IMG/VR virus record: IMGVR_UViG_3300018080_008436
Coordinates: 248,001-312,000 of that record
Direction: 5' to 3' (one strand)
DNA length: 64,000 bases
Shown here: positions 38,963 through 50,099 of the stretch, in pieces
How the letters are laid out: each line of letters begins with the position of its first letter
Position numbering within the stretch: the first letter of the stretch is position 1
Notes under the pieces: generated by a model
What the model was told of the DNA's origin: nothing
Seen by the model: only the letters and a program-made list of their open reading frames with translations
Database searches by the model: none
Made by a program: the position numbers and the translations under genes

Positions 38963-39898
38963 TCACTCAAACAGTGGATCTTTAAATTCACAAACTCTTC
39001 CATCATGATAGAAAACTCTGTCATATGGATGGACTTCTTGTCCCCAGAGATGTCTCAGTACTTCTAATGTATAGCTTCCCTGACAGCATTTCAAGTCAAA
39101 ATTTCCGTCAGGGTATCTTTTTACAAAAGCACAGGATGATTTCATCTTAATTGGCTCAATCACAAAGTCTTGAACTCTTGTCTTTATCTCGTAACCATTT
39201 ACGTTACAATTTTCCAGTATTTTTCGCATATCTTGTACTGGCATCGGAATAAGATGGTCTGATTGACGTAAAATAAGCTCATCGGAAGAGATCATACTAA
39301 GATCATAGTTGGCGTTATGGACTGTCAGATGACCCCAAACAGCCCACATGATCTTTTTAGTGATGGTTTGTTGCTTTTTTGGGGACAAATTGCCGAAAAT
39401 TATCTGTCGAATCTTTTTTGATTTCTTGAAGTATTCTAAATCTGTAAAATTCGAGACGAATTCGTCATAACTATCACAATTTTGAACTAACTCAGGGAAA
39501 GTCATCCGAAAAGTTTGAAAATTTGCCGAAACCAGGTCTACAGAGACCATTTGCTTCCCTACATTGTCATGTTTATAGACACATTTATCTGGAACTTTGC
39601 GGTTCAAACTAGTTTGGTGGATCGCATGGTCCTCATCTGTAACAAAATCCTGATATTTACTGTGATCTTTGACTGAATCAATGATACTTTCGCGAGTGGC
39701 CTTCATATATGCCAAGAAATCGCCCTCATTTCCAAATCGAGCCAATGCCTCACCAAGCATATCAACTTTACATAAAGTTTCATACTGCCTATTCAGGGCA
39801 AGTATCTGGTGTTCGAAATAGGGGTCTTGCACCACAGAAATAGGAAGACTGTAGTCTTTGACGAAACTGCGTCTTAGTGAATGAGACCAGTTTTTCAT
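38963..39898 (-). CDS. Hypothetical protein, possible polymerase-palm-like motifs
   Basis: SVDLVSANFQ and SSDELI; function uncertain. Confidence 0.45.
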   Translation of the reverse strand: MKNWSHSLRRSFVKDYSLPISVVQDPYFEHQILALNRQYETLCKVDMLGEALARFGNEGDFLAYMKATRESIIDSVKDHSKYQDFVTDEDHAIHQTSLNRKVPDKCVYKHDNVGKQMVSVDLVSANFQTFRMTFPELVQNCDSYDEFVSNFTDLEYFKKSKKIRQIIFGNLSPKKQQTITKKIMWAVWGHLTVHNANYDLSMISSDELILRQSDHLIPMPVQDMRKILENCNVNGYEIKTRVQDFVIEPIKMKSSCAFVKRYPDGNFDLKCCQGSYTLEVLRHLWGQEVHPYDRVFYHDGRVCEFKDPLFE

Positions 39899-39924
39899 TG
39901 TGTTGCTCCGATAAAATCAGATGA

Positions 39925-40362
39925 TTAGTCGAACAGATCTTGTAAAAAGCCTTTCTCAGGTATATCTTCAGGGTTCTTCTTGGCCCTGGTCATACCGTTG
40001 TTTATTACTGTACTGTTTAATCTAACGACCTTTTCTCGTTTGTCAAGGTCTTTTATCTTAACAAAGTAACTTTTTGCATTTCCAAGTCTGTAGAGCTTAC
40101 CTAAATCCATTACATCTTCAAAATCACAGTATTTGACTTCTTGAATCTTGTTTAGATCACTTTGGGAGAAGAGGAAACATCTTTCATTCTCATCATATTT
40201 GTTCTCAACCCAAAGTGCATAGTAGAATTCGCTTTCTACAGCTTTTTTGTTTTTATTAGGCAGTTTCACCATTTTTCCGTGAACTGCATTGGCATTTCTA
40301 AAGAGTCCCATAATAGCCTCCATTGTTTTAATCAATGGATTTATTCTGGAAAACTTTTTCAA
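39925..40362 (-). CDS. Hypothetical protein
   Basis: ORF track. Confidence 0.6.
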   Translation of the reverse strand: MKKFSRINPLIKTMEAIMGLFRNANAVHGKMVKLPNKNKKAVESEFYYALWVENKYDENERCFLFSQSDLNKIQEVKYCDFEDVMDLGKLYRLGNAKSYFVKIKDLDKREKVVRLNSTVINNGMTRAKKNPEDIPEKGFLQDLFD

Positions 40363-40371
40363 CTACCTTTA

Positions 40372-40713
40372 TTAGTCAGCCAAAACAACCAGCATGTGGT
40401 CATCATCAAAAATCTCAACATTATCTATGACAATATAGTGAGTATCTTGTTTGATAAACTCTTCTAATAATTGAGAAGCGATGTGATGTAGTCCATCGTC
40501 AGTAATGAAATAGGAAAATTCCTGTATTGATCTCACTACATCAATTTCATCTGAGAATTGGATGAGAATTTGGAATAATTTCGGGACATCTTCATGAGAG
40601 ATGTCGAATTCTTGAGTGAGATTTTTCGTTCTGACCCATTTTAGGAACTCAACTTTGAAATTTTCGTCCCTTTTGTGTTTAAGTATGGTGACATGAGGCA
40701 TTTTACCACTCAA
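40372..40713 (-). CDS. Hypothetical protein
   Basis: ORF track. Confidence 0.6.
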   Translation of the reverse strand: MSGKMPHVTILKHKRDENFKVEFLKWVRTKNLTQEFDISHEDVPKLFQILIQFSDEIDVVRSIQEFSYFITDDGLHHIASQLLEEFIKQDTHYIVIDNVEIFDDDHMLVVLAD

Positions 40714-41251
40714 TCGCTTTCGTAAACTTAACGTTGGTCTCTGATTTCAGTCTTTTCCGTAGTTTTGAAAAATCTTCTCTGCCAGTCCCAGGTCTTCTTT
40801 CATAATGATATTCCACAAACATCAAATCGACATAATGAATTGATCCTTCGTTTAGCATATGGTAGAGGATATCGTATTCAGCACCCTCTATATCCATTTT
40901 TACGACAATGTAGTCATCTGGAGAGAAATTATCTTTAATCCATTTGTCAAAATCGATACACTCAATAGTTCGTTTCTTCTCTCTTCTTGGTTTACTTGGG
41001 TTAGGAAAGACACTATTGGCCTGACCATATACCCTTCCGCTTGCATAAAAAGAAATTTCGCCATCAAAAGTCCATAGTGCTTTATTAAAGAAGGTAATAT
41101 TCTTCTTTTTCATCTCTTCATCGTGATTATCTGGCATTTTATTTGGGTCAAATGCAAAGAATTCAAAAGAGTCATCGTATTCTGGCCTTTTTTTAAAAAG
41201 CCTAATACCTTTACCTCTATAATATCCACAATCTATAAAAATTTTTCTCAT
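40703..41251 (-). CDS. FkbM-family methyltransferase
   Basis: FIDCG, VKMDIEGAEY, VEYH. Confidence 0.85.
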   Translation of the reverse strand: MRKIFIDCGYYRGKGIRLFKKRPEYDDSFEFFAFDPNKMPDNHDEEMKKKNITFFNKALWTFDGEISFYASGRVYGQANSVFPNPSKPRREKKRTIECIDFDKWIKDNFSPDDYIVVKMDIEGAEYDILYHMLNEGSIHYVDLMFVEYHYERRPGTGREDFSKLRKRLKSETNVKFTKAIEW

Positions 41252-42657
41252 TGTTTCACCTCTACCTCATTATACAAAAGGTCTTTATATGCCCTCAAAA
41301 GCTTCAGTTTATTTTCTTTGCCTATTGTCCAGTTTGCATGAAACGTTTTTATTGGGTAATCGGGCAAAGGTATTTTACCTCCATCATAATGAACTTCATT
41401 TGTGACTCTCCATACGGAAAAATACTCTTTGGGAAGCTGACAGATTTTAAATTTAGTCTTCATTTTTTTTCGAAAAGTTCTCAAAGCATTATCCATGTTA
41501 TCTTGGTCATCTCTACTGGAATCATAAACCTGTTCATAGTAATCAAAGAAACTCCGAACTCTATCGGTAACTCTTGCGGCGAACAAACCAGTACAATGTA
41601 TGTAGTTAGAATCCATTTGAAACACCATATCACTACCCGTTAAATGTTTTTCAATATCTTTGCGAATACTATTGAGAAATAGTACATCTACGTCTGAAAA
41701 CAATACATAATCATTTTTTGATGACCTGAACTCTTCTATTATTTTTGAAGCTTTTAGCCGAGTAACATCAAACCACCCAGATTTATAATAGTCACCACAT
41801 GAACCTTTTTGATCTATTTCAACAAATTTTAAGTCATATTCATTCGCCAGGAATTTATCGAACGATGGTTTGAAGAAATTTTTATAATAATCTAAATGTG
41901 ATTTTGATGCAACGGCGAATAATATAGGTTTTATTATCTCTCCATCTGAGGTCCTCCTAAAAACGATCCTATGACGGTCCAAGATGCCCTGAGTTCTATA
42001 CTTTTTGCCACAAATATCCTCTTTAATCAATGCCGCTGGCCCTTTATACGAATCGCTCAGCCCTCTATAGTTTCTTATATTGGAAGCATGATGGTGTATG
42101 GCTTTAATATGTGGGTAACCGTTTTTCATTTCTAAACCAGCGAACTGCGCCTCATATGCAAAGGAACTTTCGCAGTTTCCTTTACCAAGAAGAAAGTCAC
42201 AATCGAATTTTATCATGGGAGTCTTAAAAGCCCATGCGTCATGAGAATATCTAGGGTCAACTCGGAAAAGTGAACCTTCTGGAGTTCGATAGTTTTTGGG
42301 GCTGGAAATTTTACCGTTTTTTAACATGTCATGTCTAGTGATAACAACAATCAGATTATTCCAATCCATTTTTTCAAGAAAGTTTAGTGATTGATCAAAG
42401 AAGATGTCATTATTTGCTAACAGGAAGATGTCATTTGTACCCATTTCGTTAGCGAACTTGATAGCATCAGAATATTGCAACCTTTGGCCTATAATTATTT
42501 GACATATCTTGTCTGAGCTAAAGGAATATTTTGTTTCATTTAGCAAATATATCTTTGATATAAATGGATTATCAACATTTCGTTGCAATGTCTCGTCAAT
42601 TTCTTTTTGACGATCAGGATCTTTATCCACATAGTATTGGCAAATGAGATTAATCAT
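41248..42657 (-). CDS. Two-domain glycosyltransferase (C-terminal nucleotide-diphospho-sugar transferase)
   Basis: LANNDIFF; FSDVDV, CTGLF, DDQ, HANW..K. Confidence 0.75.
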   Translation of the reverse strand: MINLICQYYVDKDPDRQKEIDETLQRNVDNPFISKIYLLNETKYSFSSDKICQIIIGQRLQYSDAIKFANEMGTNDIFLLANNDIFFDQSLNFLEKMDWNNLIVVITRHDMLKNGKISSPKNYRTPEGSLFRVDPRYSHDAWAFKTPMIKFDCDFLLGKGNCESSFAYEAQFAGLEMKNGYPHIKAIHHHASNIRNYRGLSDSYKGPAALIKEDICGKKYRTQGILDRHRIVFRRTSDGEIIKPILFAVASKSHLDYYKNFFKPSFDKFLANEYDLKFVEIDQKGSCGDYYKSGWFDVTRLKASKIIEEFRSSKNDYVLFSDVDVLFLNSIRKDIEKHLTGSDMVFQMDSNYIHCTGLFAARVTDRVRSFFDYYEQVYDSSRDDQDNMDNALRTFRKKMKTKFKICQLPKEYFSVWRVTNEVHYDGGKIPLPDYPIKTFHANWTIGKENKLKLLRAYKDLLYNEVEVKQ

Positions 42658-42759
42658 ACGTTTTTATTCAAAACTGGATGCAGTTCTTCCTATTGTGTTT
42701 GGTAGGGTTTCCGGTTTTGGGAAGAGAATTATTTGTGAGGATTAAATAGAGTTTGAATT

Positions 42760-43719
42760 ATGGCAGATAAAATATTTGATGATTATCATGGACCATCTAT
42801 TAAAATAAATGGAGTTTGCTATAAGTGGATAGGCGAAACAACTGCTTCAAAGAATGCAGAACCATCTGATATTGGTGGTTTTTATGATTCCTGTTTAGAA
42901 TGTAATTTAGAATCAAGTTCTTCAAGTTCTGAGGGTCCACCTGCGCAACGGTCAGTAAGGCTTGGACCGTCGCAAACTGGCTGGGGTGGTTATCTGGGAT
43001 ACTCAGGAGGGATTATTTCCCCATATGACGAGCCAGACGATTTGAGCGGCCAGCAGGTTGCATATTCTATTTGGCTTAAGGTTGATGGAGGGGTTGGGTA
43101 TGTAATGAGTGAGTTCGACAGTAGCTCTAATTTTGTCAATGGGATATACGGTGCTGGTAACGGTTGGGGGCCGAGATGGGCATGGCCAGGAAATCTTGAT
43201 AGCGGTATTGGCGGAATCGCTGATAATCTGCCAGGGAACTGGAAACACGTTTTCTGTGGGTTTTTGCCAGACCAACCCCCAGATGTAGACAACAACGCAC
43301 GAAAAGTCTATCTATGGGAAGATGGTGTCCGAAAAACCCGACCTGCACATCAGTATTTTGGGGATGACCAACCTGAAGCCGCCAACTCCTACTTGGGAAA
43401 TTGGGGAGGAAAAGTGATAGCGTGTTGTTTTGGTGTTTGGAAGTTCGCCACTCAATTGACACTGTCTGAGATGGATGACATGGCGAGTTATCTCCGAAAC
43501 AGTGGTGACGCTTTCTTATATGAGGACATGGTTTCAGATGGCGGTTCAGATTTACATCTAACTGATTTAGTCCACTTTTACAATCTGAATGAGTATAGTG
43601 ATGGAAGTACTGCGGTAACAAGAGAAGATAAGGTTGGAAACAAAGATTATATTGCATATGAGGGAGGTGGGTCTATAGAAGGCTATCCAGTATCTTCAAC
43701 CGACTTCCCATCATCTTAA
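42760..43719 (+). CDS. Family A modular protein (conserved N-cap, Ser linker, LamG/lectin-like C-domain)
   Basis: MADKIFDDYHGPSIKINGVCYK..CLEC-ESSSS. Confidence 0.7.
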   Translation: MADKIFDDYHGPSIKINGVCYKWIGETTASKNAEPSDIGGFYDSCLECNLESSSSSSEGPPAQRSVRLGPSQTGWGGYLGYSGGIISPYDEPDDLSGQQVAYSIWLKVDGGVGYVMSEFDSSSNFVNGIYGAGNGWGPRWAWPGNLDSGIGGIADNLPGNWKHVFCGFLPDQPPDVDNNARKVYLWEDGVRKTRPAHQYFGDDQPEAANSYLGNWGGKVIACCFGVWKFATQLTLSEMDDMASYLRNSGDAFLYEDMVSDGGSDLHLTDLVHFYNLNEYSDGSTAVTREDKVGNKDYIAYEGGGSIEGYPVSSTDFPSS

Positions 43720-43729
43720 GGAGTAAATC

Positions 43730-45043
43730 ATGGCAAACAGAATATTTGACGATTATCAGGGACCATCTGTAAAAGTAAATGGTGTCTGTTATAAATTTAT
43801 AGGAGAAACAACTTCTTCTGTAAATTCATACCCAACTCAAATCCAAGGAACTTTTGACTCTTGCCTAGAGTGTGCTTTAGAAAGTTCATCTTCTGAAAGT
43901 ACTGTATCTTCGTCTTCAGAATCATTTGATAATGTAAGTACATCTTCAGAATCAATCAACAATAATTCATCTTCAAGTTCATATATTTGTGAGAACGCAG
44001 AAGTTAATCAAGTTGTTCCAGCTTTTAATCAAATAACAATTACACCTCCAACTTTATGGAGTTCTCAGTTCCCAACAGGTAAAGTTTGTGTTGATGAAAC
44101 TCATGAAGGAAATTATGAAAACCATGGTGCAGTTGATTTAATCACTTTTGATAATGAGGGAGCGGCAAGTACTTTTTCTTCTGGACAATCCATTCAAGTG
44201 TGTGAGGGACCATGCCCTCCTGTTTCCAGTAGTTCAAGTTCTGAAGGATATTCTGAATCAAGTTCTTCAAGTTATGTTCCACCTGATTTAACAGGAAGGT
44301 CGATATATGTGGGCAACGGCAACTCTCTTACCCAATTAGATCCAGTTGTTGGAGATCTTTTGGAAGATCCAGCTACTCAAGGAAATCAAATCGTCTGGGG
44401 TGGATGGTTCCAAGGGTTACAGGGTTCAAGTGGAGCATATTGGTTTTGGATAGAGAATGAATGGAGATTAGGAAAAGATGTCGCTGGAAACTCTCAATCA
44501 TATGTTCGTTTAAATGGAGAGTGGCAATGGTCAAGACCTGCAAGTGGCCCCGCAAGAGGTGGTTGGCAACACTTAATGTGGTCATGGACCCCTTATTCCA
44601 ATGAAGATGGTGGAATAGCTCAATATGCTTCTTATTGGAATGGGCTTGCATGGACCCCATATAGAACTTTTAATGGAACTTTCTCATTCACGAATCCTGG
44701 TGGAGGAACAATATTCTATGATACAGAACCCAATTTTGGGATAAGGGCTACTGGTGTAGGAGTTTGGTCATTTCCTTATGAAAGTCAAATGACCAGAGCA
44801 CAGATAGCCTCTTGGTGTACTAGTATGAAAAACGATTATACAACTATAAATTACTATAATATGAATGAAGCAACTTACAAGAAAAGCAATATTATTCATT
44901 TTTGGAATTTTAACGAACCTAGTGATGGAAGTTCTCCAGTAACAAGATATGATGTTGTAGGAGAAAAACATTGGACAGATAATGACAATGGTAGTGGATA
45001 TGTAACTAGTGCTACAGTAATCCCAACAGAAGTTCCATCTTAA
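43730..45043 (+). CDS. Family A modular protein
   Basis: Same N-cap, Cys-bounded middle module, LamG-like tail. Confidence 0.7.
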   Translation: MANRIFDDYQGPSVKVNGVCYKFIGETTSSVNSYPTQIQGTFDSCLECALESSSSESTVSSSSESFDNVSTSSESINNNSSSSSYICENAEVNQVVPAFNQITITPPTLWSSQFPTGKVCVDETHEGNYENHGAVDLITFDNEGAASTFSSGQSIQVCEGPCPPVSSSSSSEGYSESSSSSYVPPDLTGRSIYVGNGNSLTQLDPVVGDLLEDPATQGNQIVWGGWFQGLQGSSGAYWFWIENEWRLGKDVAGNSQSYVRLNGEWQWSRPASGPARGGWQHLMWSWTPYSNEDGGIAQYASYWNGLAWTPYRTFNGTFSFTNPGGGTIFYDTEPNFGIRATGVGVWSFPYESQMTRAQIASWCTSMKNDYTTINYYNMNEATYKKSNIIHFWNFNEPSDGSSPVTRYDVVGEKHWTDNDNGSGYVTSATVIPTEVPS

Positions 45044-45053
45044 GGGGTAAATT

Positions 45054-46397
45054 ATGGCTAACAGAATATTTGATGACTATCAAGGAGCATCCGTTAAAAT
45101 AAACGGCATTTGCTACAAATTTATAGGGGAAACTACACGTTCTGTAAATTCTCAACCTCAAGAAATTGAAGAAACTTATGATAGTTGTTTAGCTTGTGCT
45201 ATTGAGTCAAGTTCATCAGAAAGTACTCAGTCTTCCAGTTCAGAATCAATTGGAAATACTAGTTCATCTTCTGAATCATTTGGTAATGAGTCATCTTCAA
45301 GCTCTCAACCATGTGTTGATTGCGAGATATCTATTATTTCAATTGCGGGGAATAAATTGTGGATTTCTCCTCCAACAATTTTTATCTCTGGAACGATCCC
45401 CTCACCTAGCCCAGTTTGTGTTGATGATATTTATGAAGCAAATTATAGAAACATGGGAAATGAAGATGAGATTGAATTTGTAGGTGCTGGAGTGGCGAGT
45501 AAATTTTCTGTTGGACAAATTATTGAAGTTTGCGAAGGTAATTGTGTTGGAACTAGTTCTTCAAGCTCTGAAGGATATTCTGAATCAAGTTCTTCAAGTT
45601 ATGAGCCACCTGCACAACGTAGCGTCAATGTTGTAAGAACGGATGGCTCTACAGTCAATCGTGGCAGGATTATATATGATGGTGGACCACTCGCATCACC
45701 GACAGAACATTGGACACAGCAAGGAACGCAGAAGATCTATTCAATATGGTCTCGCTGGACTTACGTATCCAATGTTTGGAACTACACAGAAAGCGGCTCA
45801 GCCCCTTTAGTCAATTTTGGGACTGGAAACTTCTCAGCCCGTCAGATGCGCGTTGGCTTAGCCAACCTTACGATGTATAACTCAGTAAGGATAAGTGGTG
45901 ATAATAGTTTCCAGTGGTATCATGCTCTTTATGCATGGACACCAATAGGCGTTTGGCATGATGACTACATGTTGGCCTACCGTGATGGCAATGTAGGCTT
46001 CAAGTTCCCAGACAGCAGAAATACAGAACTTACATCTCCTGCCGCTACTACGTGTATATTGGGGGCAGGAGGAGGACCTAGTCACTACTGTTGTATGGGC
46101 ATGTGGGACTTTCCATATGGTGATCACCTTTCTAAGGCAGAAGTTCAGGCTTTAGCTGTTTACCTTTATAATGGCGGCACTGCATTACAATATGAGAATC
46201 TGAGTGATGTTCCAGCGTATTTAGACAACATGACACATTTCTGGAATTTAAATGAGTATTCTGATGGCACATCGCCTGTGACTTACGAAGATAAAGTTGG
46301 AAATGCCGACTTCATAGGTGACCTATCGCCAGCATCCCCTGAGTATGGCCCCTTTAGCACCTACCCGATATCAACAACAGACTTCCCATCATCTTAA
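45054..46397 (+). CDS. Family A modular protein
   Basis: As above; ends YPISTTDFPSS like 42760. Confidence 0.7.
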   Translation: MANRIFDDYQGASVKINGICYKFIGETTRSVNSQPQEIEETYDSCLACAIESSSSESTQSSSSESIGNTSSSSESFGNESSSSSQPCVDCEISIISIAGNKLWISPPTIFISGTIPSPSPVCVDDIYEANYRNMGNEDEIEFVGAGVASKFSVGQIIEVCEGNCVGTSSSSSEGYSESSSSSYEPPAQRSVNVVRTDGSTVNRGRIIYDGGPLASPTEHWTQQGTQKIYSIWSRWTYVSNVWNYTESGSAPLVNFGTGNFSARQMRVGLANLTMYNSVRISGDNSFQWYHALYAWTPIGVWHDDYMLAYRDGNVGFKFPDSRNTELTSPAATTCILGAGGGPSHYCCMGMWDFPYGDHLSKAEVQALAVYLYNGGTALQYENLSDVPAYLDNMTHFWNLNEYSDGTSPVTYEDKVGNADFIGDLSPASPEYGPFSTYPISTTDFPSS

Positions 46398-46426
46398 GGA
46401 ATAAATTATGACAAAAGGAATAAATT

Positions 46427-47119
46427 ATGGCTAACAAAATATTTGATGATTACCAAGGGCCATCTATTAAAATAAATGGAGTGTGCTACAAGTTTATAGG
46501 TGAAACTACAGAACCCTTCGACTCTAACCCAAGTGAAATTGAAGGAGAATTTGACTCATGCCTTGCTTGTGCTTTAGAATCTAGTTCTTCAAATTCATCT
46601 GAAAGTATAGGTAACTTTTCAACATCAAGTTCAAGTAGCTCAAGCGAAGTGCCTGTTGTTCTTGGAAATGGAGAAACAGTAGATGTTGATGAAGTCCTTG
46701 GTGCAGGACATTATGGAAGGGTTCAAATCACTTATACTGGAGATCCTACTCCACCCAACGCCGCTGGTGTTGTGACAGTAAACAATGTCAGCTACAACAT
46801 AGCCAATGAAGATCCTGATTTTGCTTGGGATTACGACGATGCACAAAATGGTAGGCATGTGTTCACAGTTATTGGAGAGACTATCCACAGAACGGCTGAT
46901 GGTAAAGAGTTTTCGGTAACTTGGGATGGTACTGGTAGTATAATCTTTACGGTAGATGTTGAAGACATTAACAAGTCAAGCAGTAGCTCAAGTTCTTCAA
47001 GTTTTGATGATTTTAAAGCGTGGAATGATTTCGCTACTGATGGGCCAAAACCTAAGACTTGGGCAGACATGAGTAATAGTGGTGACTATCCAAGAACCTG
47101 GTCTGAACTACAAAGTTAA
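46427..47119 (+). CDS. Family A modular protein
   Basis: Same N-cap, unrelated C-domain. Confidence 0.7.
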   Translation: MANKIFDDYQGPSIKINGVCYKFIGETTEPFDSNPSEIEGEFDSCLACALESSSSNSSESIGNFSTSSSSSSSEVPVVLGNGETVDVDEVLGAGHYGRVQITYTGDPTPPNAAGVVTVNNVSYNIANEDPDFAWDYDDAQNGRHVFTVIGETIHRTADGKEFSVTWDGTGSIIFTVDVEDINKSSSSSSSSSFDDFKAWNDFATDGPKPKTWADMSNSGDYPRTWSELQS

Positions 47120-47128
47120 GGAGTAAAA

Positions 47129-47833
47129 ATGGCACAAATATTAGATACAGATTATGTTGGTGATAGTTTAGATAAACTATTATTGAATTCAAATACAACA
47201 GTAAATTTAACAAGTTCTCAAACTGCTACTCAAATACAAGCTGAGATTAATGCACAACCTAAGAATTTGAATGGTTACGACCTGACATTTCAGTTTGCAG
47301 ATGGGACTTATGCGCTGGATGCGGCATTGACGTTTAAGGGATTCCATGGTGGGACATTTAAAATATATGGTAATGCTTCTGATAATAGTCTATCAACTTC
47401 GAAATCGGTTGATTTAACTTTCAACAACAACACTAGCGGGATAATTGTGGACTCATGTTCGCGAGTAGAAATCTACTACTGTGATATCAGTCATAACACA
47501 GATGTTAATACAACATATGGTGTGCATGCTACAGATATCCCAGATATATATGTCAGGTATTGTTACATTCATGGGAACAGCAATGTTCGTGGCTCAAATG
47601 CTCAGTTTTTACGATCACTCGGCGTATTTCGTGATAACTATGTCAGCAACGTTCAGTATGCCTTATTTGTAGCAAATTCAGCAACAATATACTGTCAAAA
47701 TTGTGACGATACTGGAACTCAGCCTGCGTATGGTTTGTATTCAGTCGGAGCTTCAACAATTGGAAAAAACGGTACTCAACCATCTGGAAGCACCGCCAAT
47801 GAAAGTTCTGCATCTGGCGGCGTAATCCGATAA
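47129..47833 (+). CDS. Family B beta-helix-like protein
   Basis: DYVGDSLDKLLL..QPKNLNG..FADGTY..DDTGTQPAYGL..GGVIR. Confidence 0.7.
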   Translation: MAQILDTDYVGDSLDKLLLNSNTTVNLTSSQTATQIQAEINAQPKNLNGYDLTFQFADGTYALDAALTFKGFHGGTFKIYGNASDNSLSTSKSVDLTFNNNTSGIIVDSCSRVEIYYCDISHNTDVNTTYGVHATDIPDIYVRYCYIHGNSNVRGSNAQFLRSLGVFRDNYVSNVQYALFVANSATIYCQNCDDTGTQPAYGLYSVGASTIGKNGTQPSGSTANESSASGGVIR

Positions 47834-47851
47834 ATAAGGAGATTTTTTCAA

Positions 47852-48553
47852 ATGGCAGTTATACAAGATAGTGATTATGTTGGAGATTCATTGGGGAAGT
47901 TGTTGTTAAATGAGAATACTACAGTAAATCTCAATTCTTCAATGAGTGCTAGTGAAATTCAGGGGTTAATTGATGGTCAGCCTAAGAATTTGAATGGATT
48001 TAATTTAAATTTTCAATTTGGTGATGGAACATATACGTTGGATAGTCAGCTTTTATTTACTGGATTTTTTGGAGGAACTGTTCGTGCATATGGTAACTCA
48101 TCTGACAATTCTTTGAGTACCAGTAAGAATGTAGTGCTTAACTTCAACAGCAATTCAGAAGGTGTTATTGCAAGTAAATGTATGGATTTTGATGTTCGAT
48201 ATATGGAAATCTCAGTACAATCAAGTTCCAATTTTCGCAGATGCACTTATGGGATTGCTTGTCCTAGATTCAATGTTTTGTATTGTTATTTGCGAGGGAA
48301 TTCTACATCTTTAGGTGCCTCAATATATGTAAGTCATGGCACATCATATACTTCAGGCAACTATGTGTCGAATATCCAGAATGGTATTTATGCGGGTTGG
48401 TGTTCGAAAATTGGCAGTGATGGGAATGATGATACAGGTACTCAACCAGCATATGGGTTGTATGCTCTTGGTGGTGGTGTTATAGCAAAAAATGGGACAC
48501 AGCCTTCAGGTAGCACAAATGAAGGAACAGCAACTGGTGGGGAGATTCGATAA
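47852..48553 (+). CDS. Family B beta-helix-like protein
   Basis: Paralog. Confidence 0.7.
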   Translation: MAVIQDSDYVGDSLGKLLLNENTTVNLNSSMSASEIQGLIDGQPKNLNGFNLNFQFGDGTYTLDSQLLFTGFFGGTVRAYGNSSDNSLSTSKNVVLNFNSNSEGVIASKCMDFDVRYMEISVQSSSNFRRCTYGIACPRFNVLYCYLRGNSTSLGASIYVSHGTSYTSGNYVSNIQNGIYAGWCSKIGSDGNDDTGTQPAYGLYALGGGVIAKNGTQPSGSTNEGTATGGEIR

Positions 48554-49251
48554 TGGCTACAATTTCAGAAAGTGATTATGTAGGGGATTCGTTAAGTAAG
48601 TTGCTCTTAAATGAGAATACAACAGTAAATTTAAATAGTTCGATGAGTGCTACTCAAATACAAGCAGAGATAGATGCTCAACCTAAGAATTTGAATGGTT
48701 TTGATTTAACGTTCAAGTTTGCGGATGGTACATACACGCTGGCTTCTGGTTTGACTTTTAGCGGATTTCATGGGGGGCAAACACTCATCAACGGAAATGC
48801 TTCTGACAATACCCTGTCTACCACCAAATCTGTATTTTTGGATGCAGATGGTGCTACTGGGGAGAATGCTATTACAGTTGAAGAGTGTGACCTCGTTTAC
48901 ATCCAGTACTTAAAAATAGAATTTGATAGTGCTACTGGTAGGGGCGTTAGGCTAAGGTCTTCGAATTTCTATGTTGATGCGTGTTACATTTTAGGAGATA
49001 GCACATCAAATGGTGAATGCATACAGGCTGATTATGGCGCAGGAGCGGTAAGGCGTTGCTATTTAAGTAACGCGGAAAATGGAATCAGGGCAACTTATGG
49101 ATCTTGTGGATCAATTGACAACGATGATACAGGTACGGCTCCAGCATACGGTTTATATGCCTTGTATGGAGCAACGATTGGGAAAAGTGGTACGCAACCC
49201 TCTGGATCGACTGCAAACGAGCAAGCTTTCGGTGGCGGCGCAATCCGATAA
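48553..49251 (+). CDS. Family B beta-helix-like protein
   Basis: Paralog. Confidence 0.7.
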   Translation: MATISESDYVGDSLSKLLLNENTTVNLNSSMSATQIQAEIDAQPKNLNGFDLTFKFADGTYTLASGLTFSGFHGGQTLINGNASDNTLSTTKSVFLDADGATGENAITVEECDLVYIQYLKIEFDSATGRGVRLRSSNFYVDACYILGDSTSNGECIQADYGAGAVRRCYLSNAENGIRATYGSCGSIDNDDTGTAPAYGLYALYGATIGKSGTQPSGSTANEQAFGGGAIR

Positions 49252-49269
49252 ATTTAAGGAGATTTTCAA

Positions 49270-49377
49270 ATGGCACAAATATTAGATACAGATTATGTAG
49301 GTGATAGTTTAGACAAATTGTTATTGAATCCGAATACAACAGTAAAAGGAACAGCAACTGGAGGAGTAATAAGATAA
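49270..49377 (+). pseudogene. Family B gene collapsed by in-frame internal deletion (35 aa)
   Basis: MAQILDTDYVGDSLDKLLLNPNTTV fused to KGTATGGVIR*. Confidence 0.8.
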
Positions 49378-50099
49378 TGGGTGGACCAAATATTCAAACA
49401 AGCGATTATGTAGGTGATAGTCTTGATAAGTTGATCCTTTCAAATAACAAGACTGTCAATCTCGACAACTCAATGAGTACAAGTGAGATTCTGGCGTTAG
49501 TGAATGATCAACCTCGCAATCTTAATGGCTACACTCTGACGTTTCAGTTTGCAGATGGCACCTACAATTTGAGCAATACATTGGACTTCCGAGGGTTTCA
49601 TGGCGGAACTTTGTATATCCATGGGAATACAAGTGAAACTGATGCAACCGTTAAGCATACTACTCAGCAAGTCCATCTTAATGGCGCTTCAGTTGATGGG
49701 AATGTCATATTTGTATTTAGTTGTCAAAGTTACATCCAGATAAGGAATTTGAAGGTAACAGTTAAGGATTACAACAATGCAGGTGGGATCGTTGTACAAG
49801 GCTGTTGTCAAATTTTCATCCAATACAATTATGTTGTTGGTAGTGGGAAGTCAAATGCGAGGGCGGCAATTAGAGTTGATACATCGATTGGTGGAGTTTA
49901 TTCGAATTATGTGAGCAATATTCCTTATGGGATTGATTGTAATTTCGGAAAAATTTATTCTTATGACAATGATGACACTGGGACTCAACCTAACTATGGG
50001 CTGTTAGCTGGCTCTGGTGCAACAATTGGAAAAGGAAGTACTCAACCAACTGGTTCAATATCCAATGAAACAACAGGAAATGGAGCAGTGATAAGATAA
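49377..50099 (+). CDS. Family B beta-helix-like protein
   Basis: Paralog. Confidence 0.7.
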   Translation: MGGPNIQTSDYVGDSLDKLILSNNKTVNLDNSMSTSEILALVNDQPRNLNGYTLTFQFADGTYNLSNTLDFRGFHGGTLYIHGNTSETDATVKHTTQQVHLNGASVDGNVIFVFSCQSYIQIRNLKVTVKDYNNAGGIVVQGCCQIFIQYNYVVGSGKSNARAAIRVDTSIGGVYSNYVSNIPYGIDCNFGKIYSYDNDDTGTQPNYGLLAGSGATIGKGSTQPTGSISNETTGNGAVIR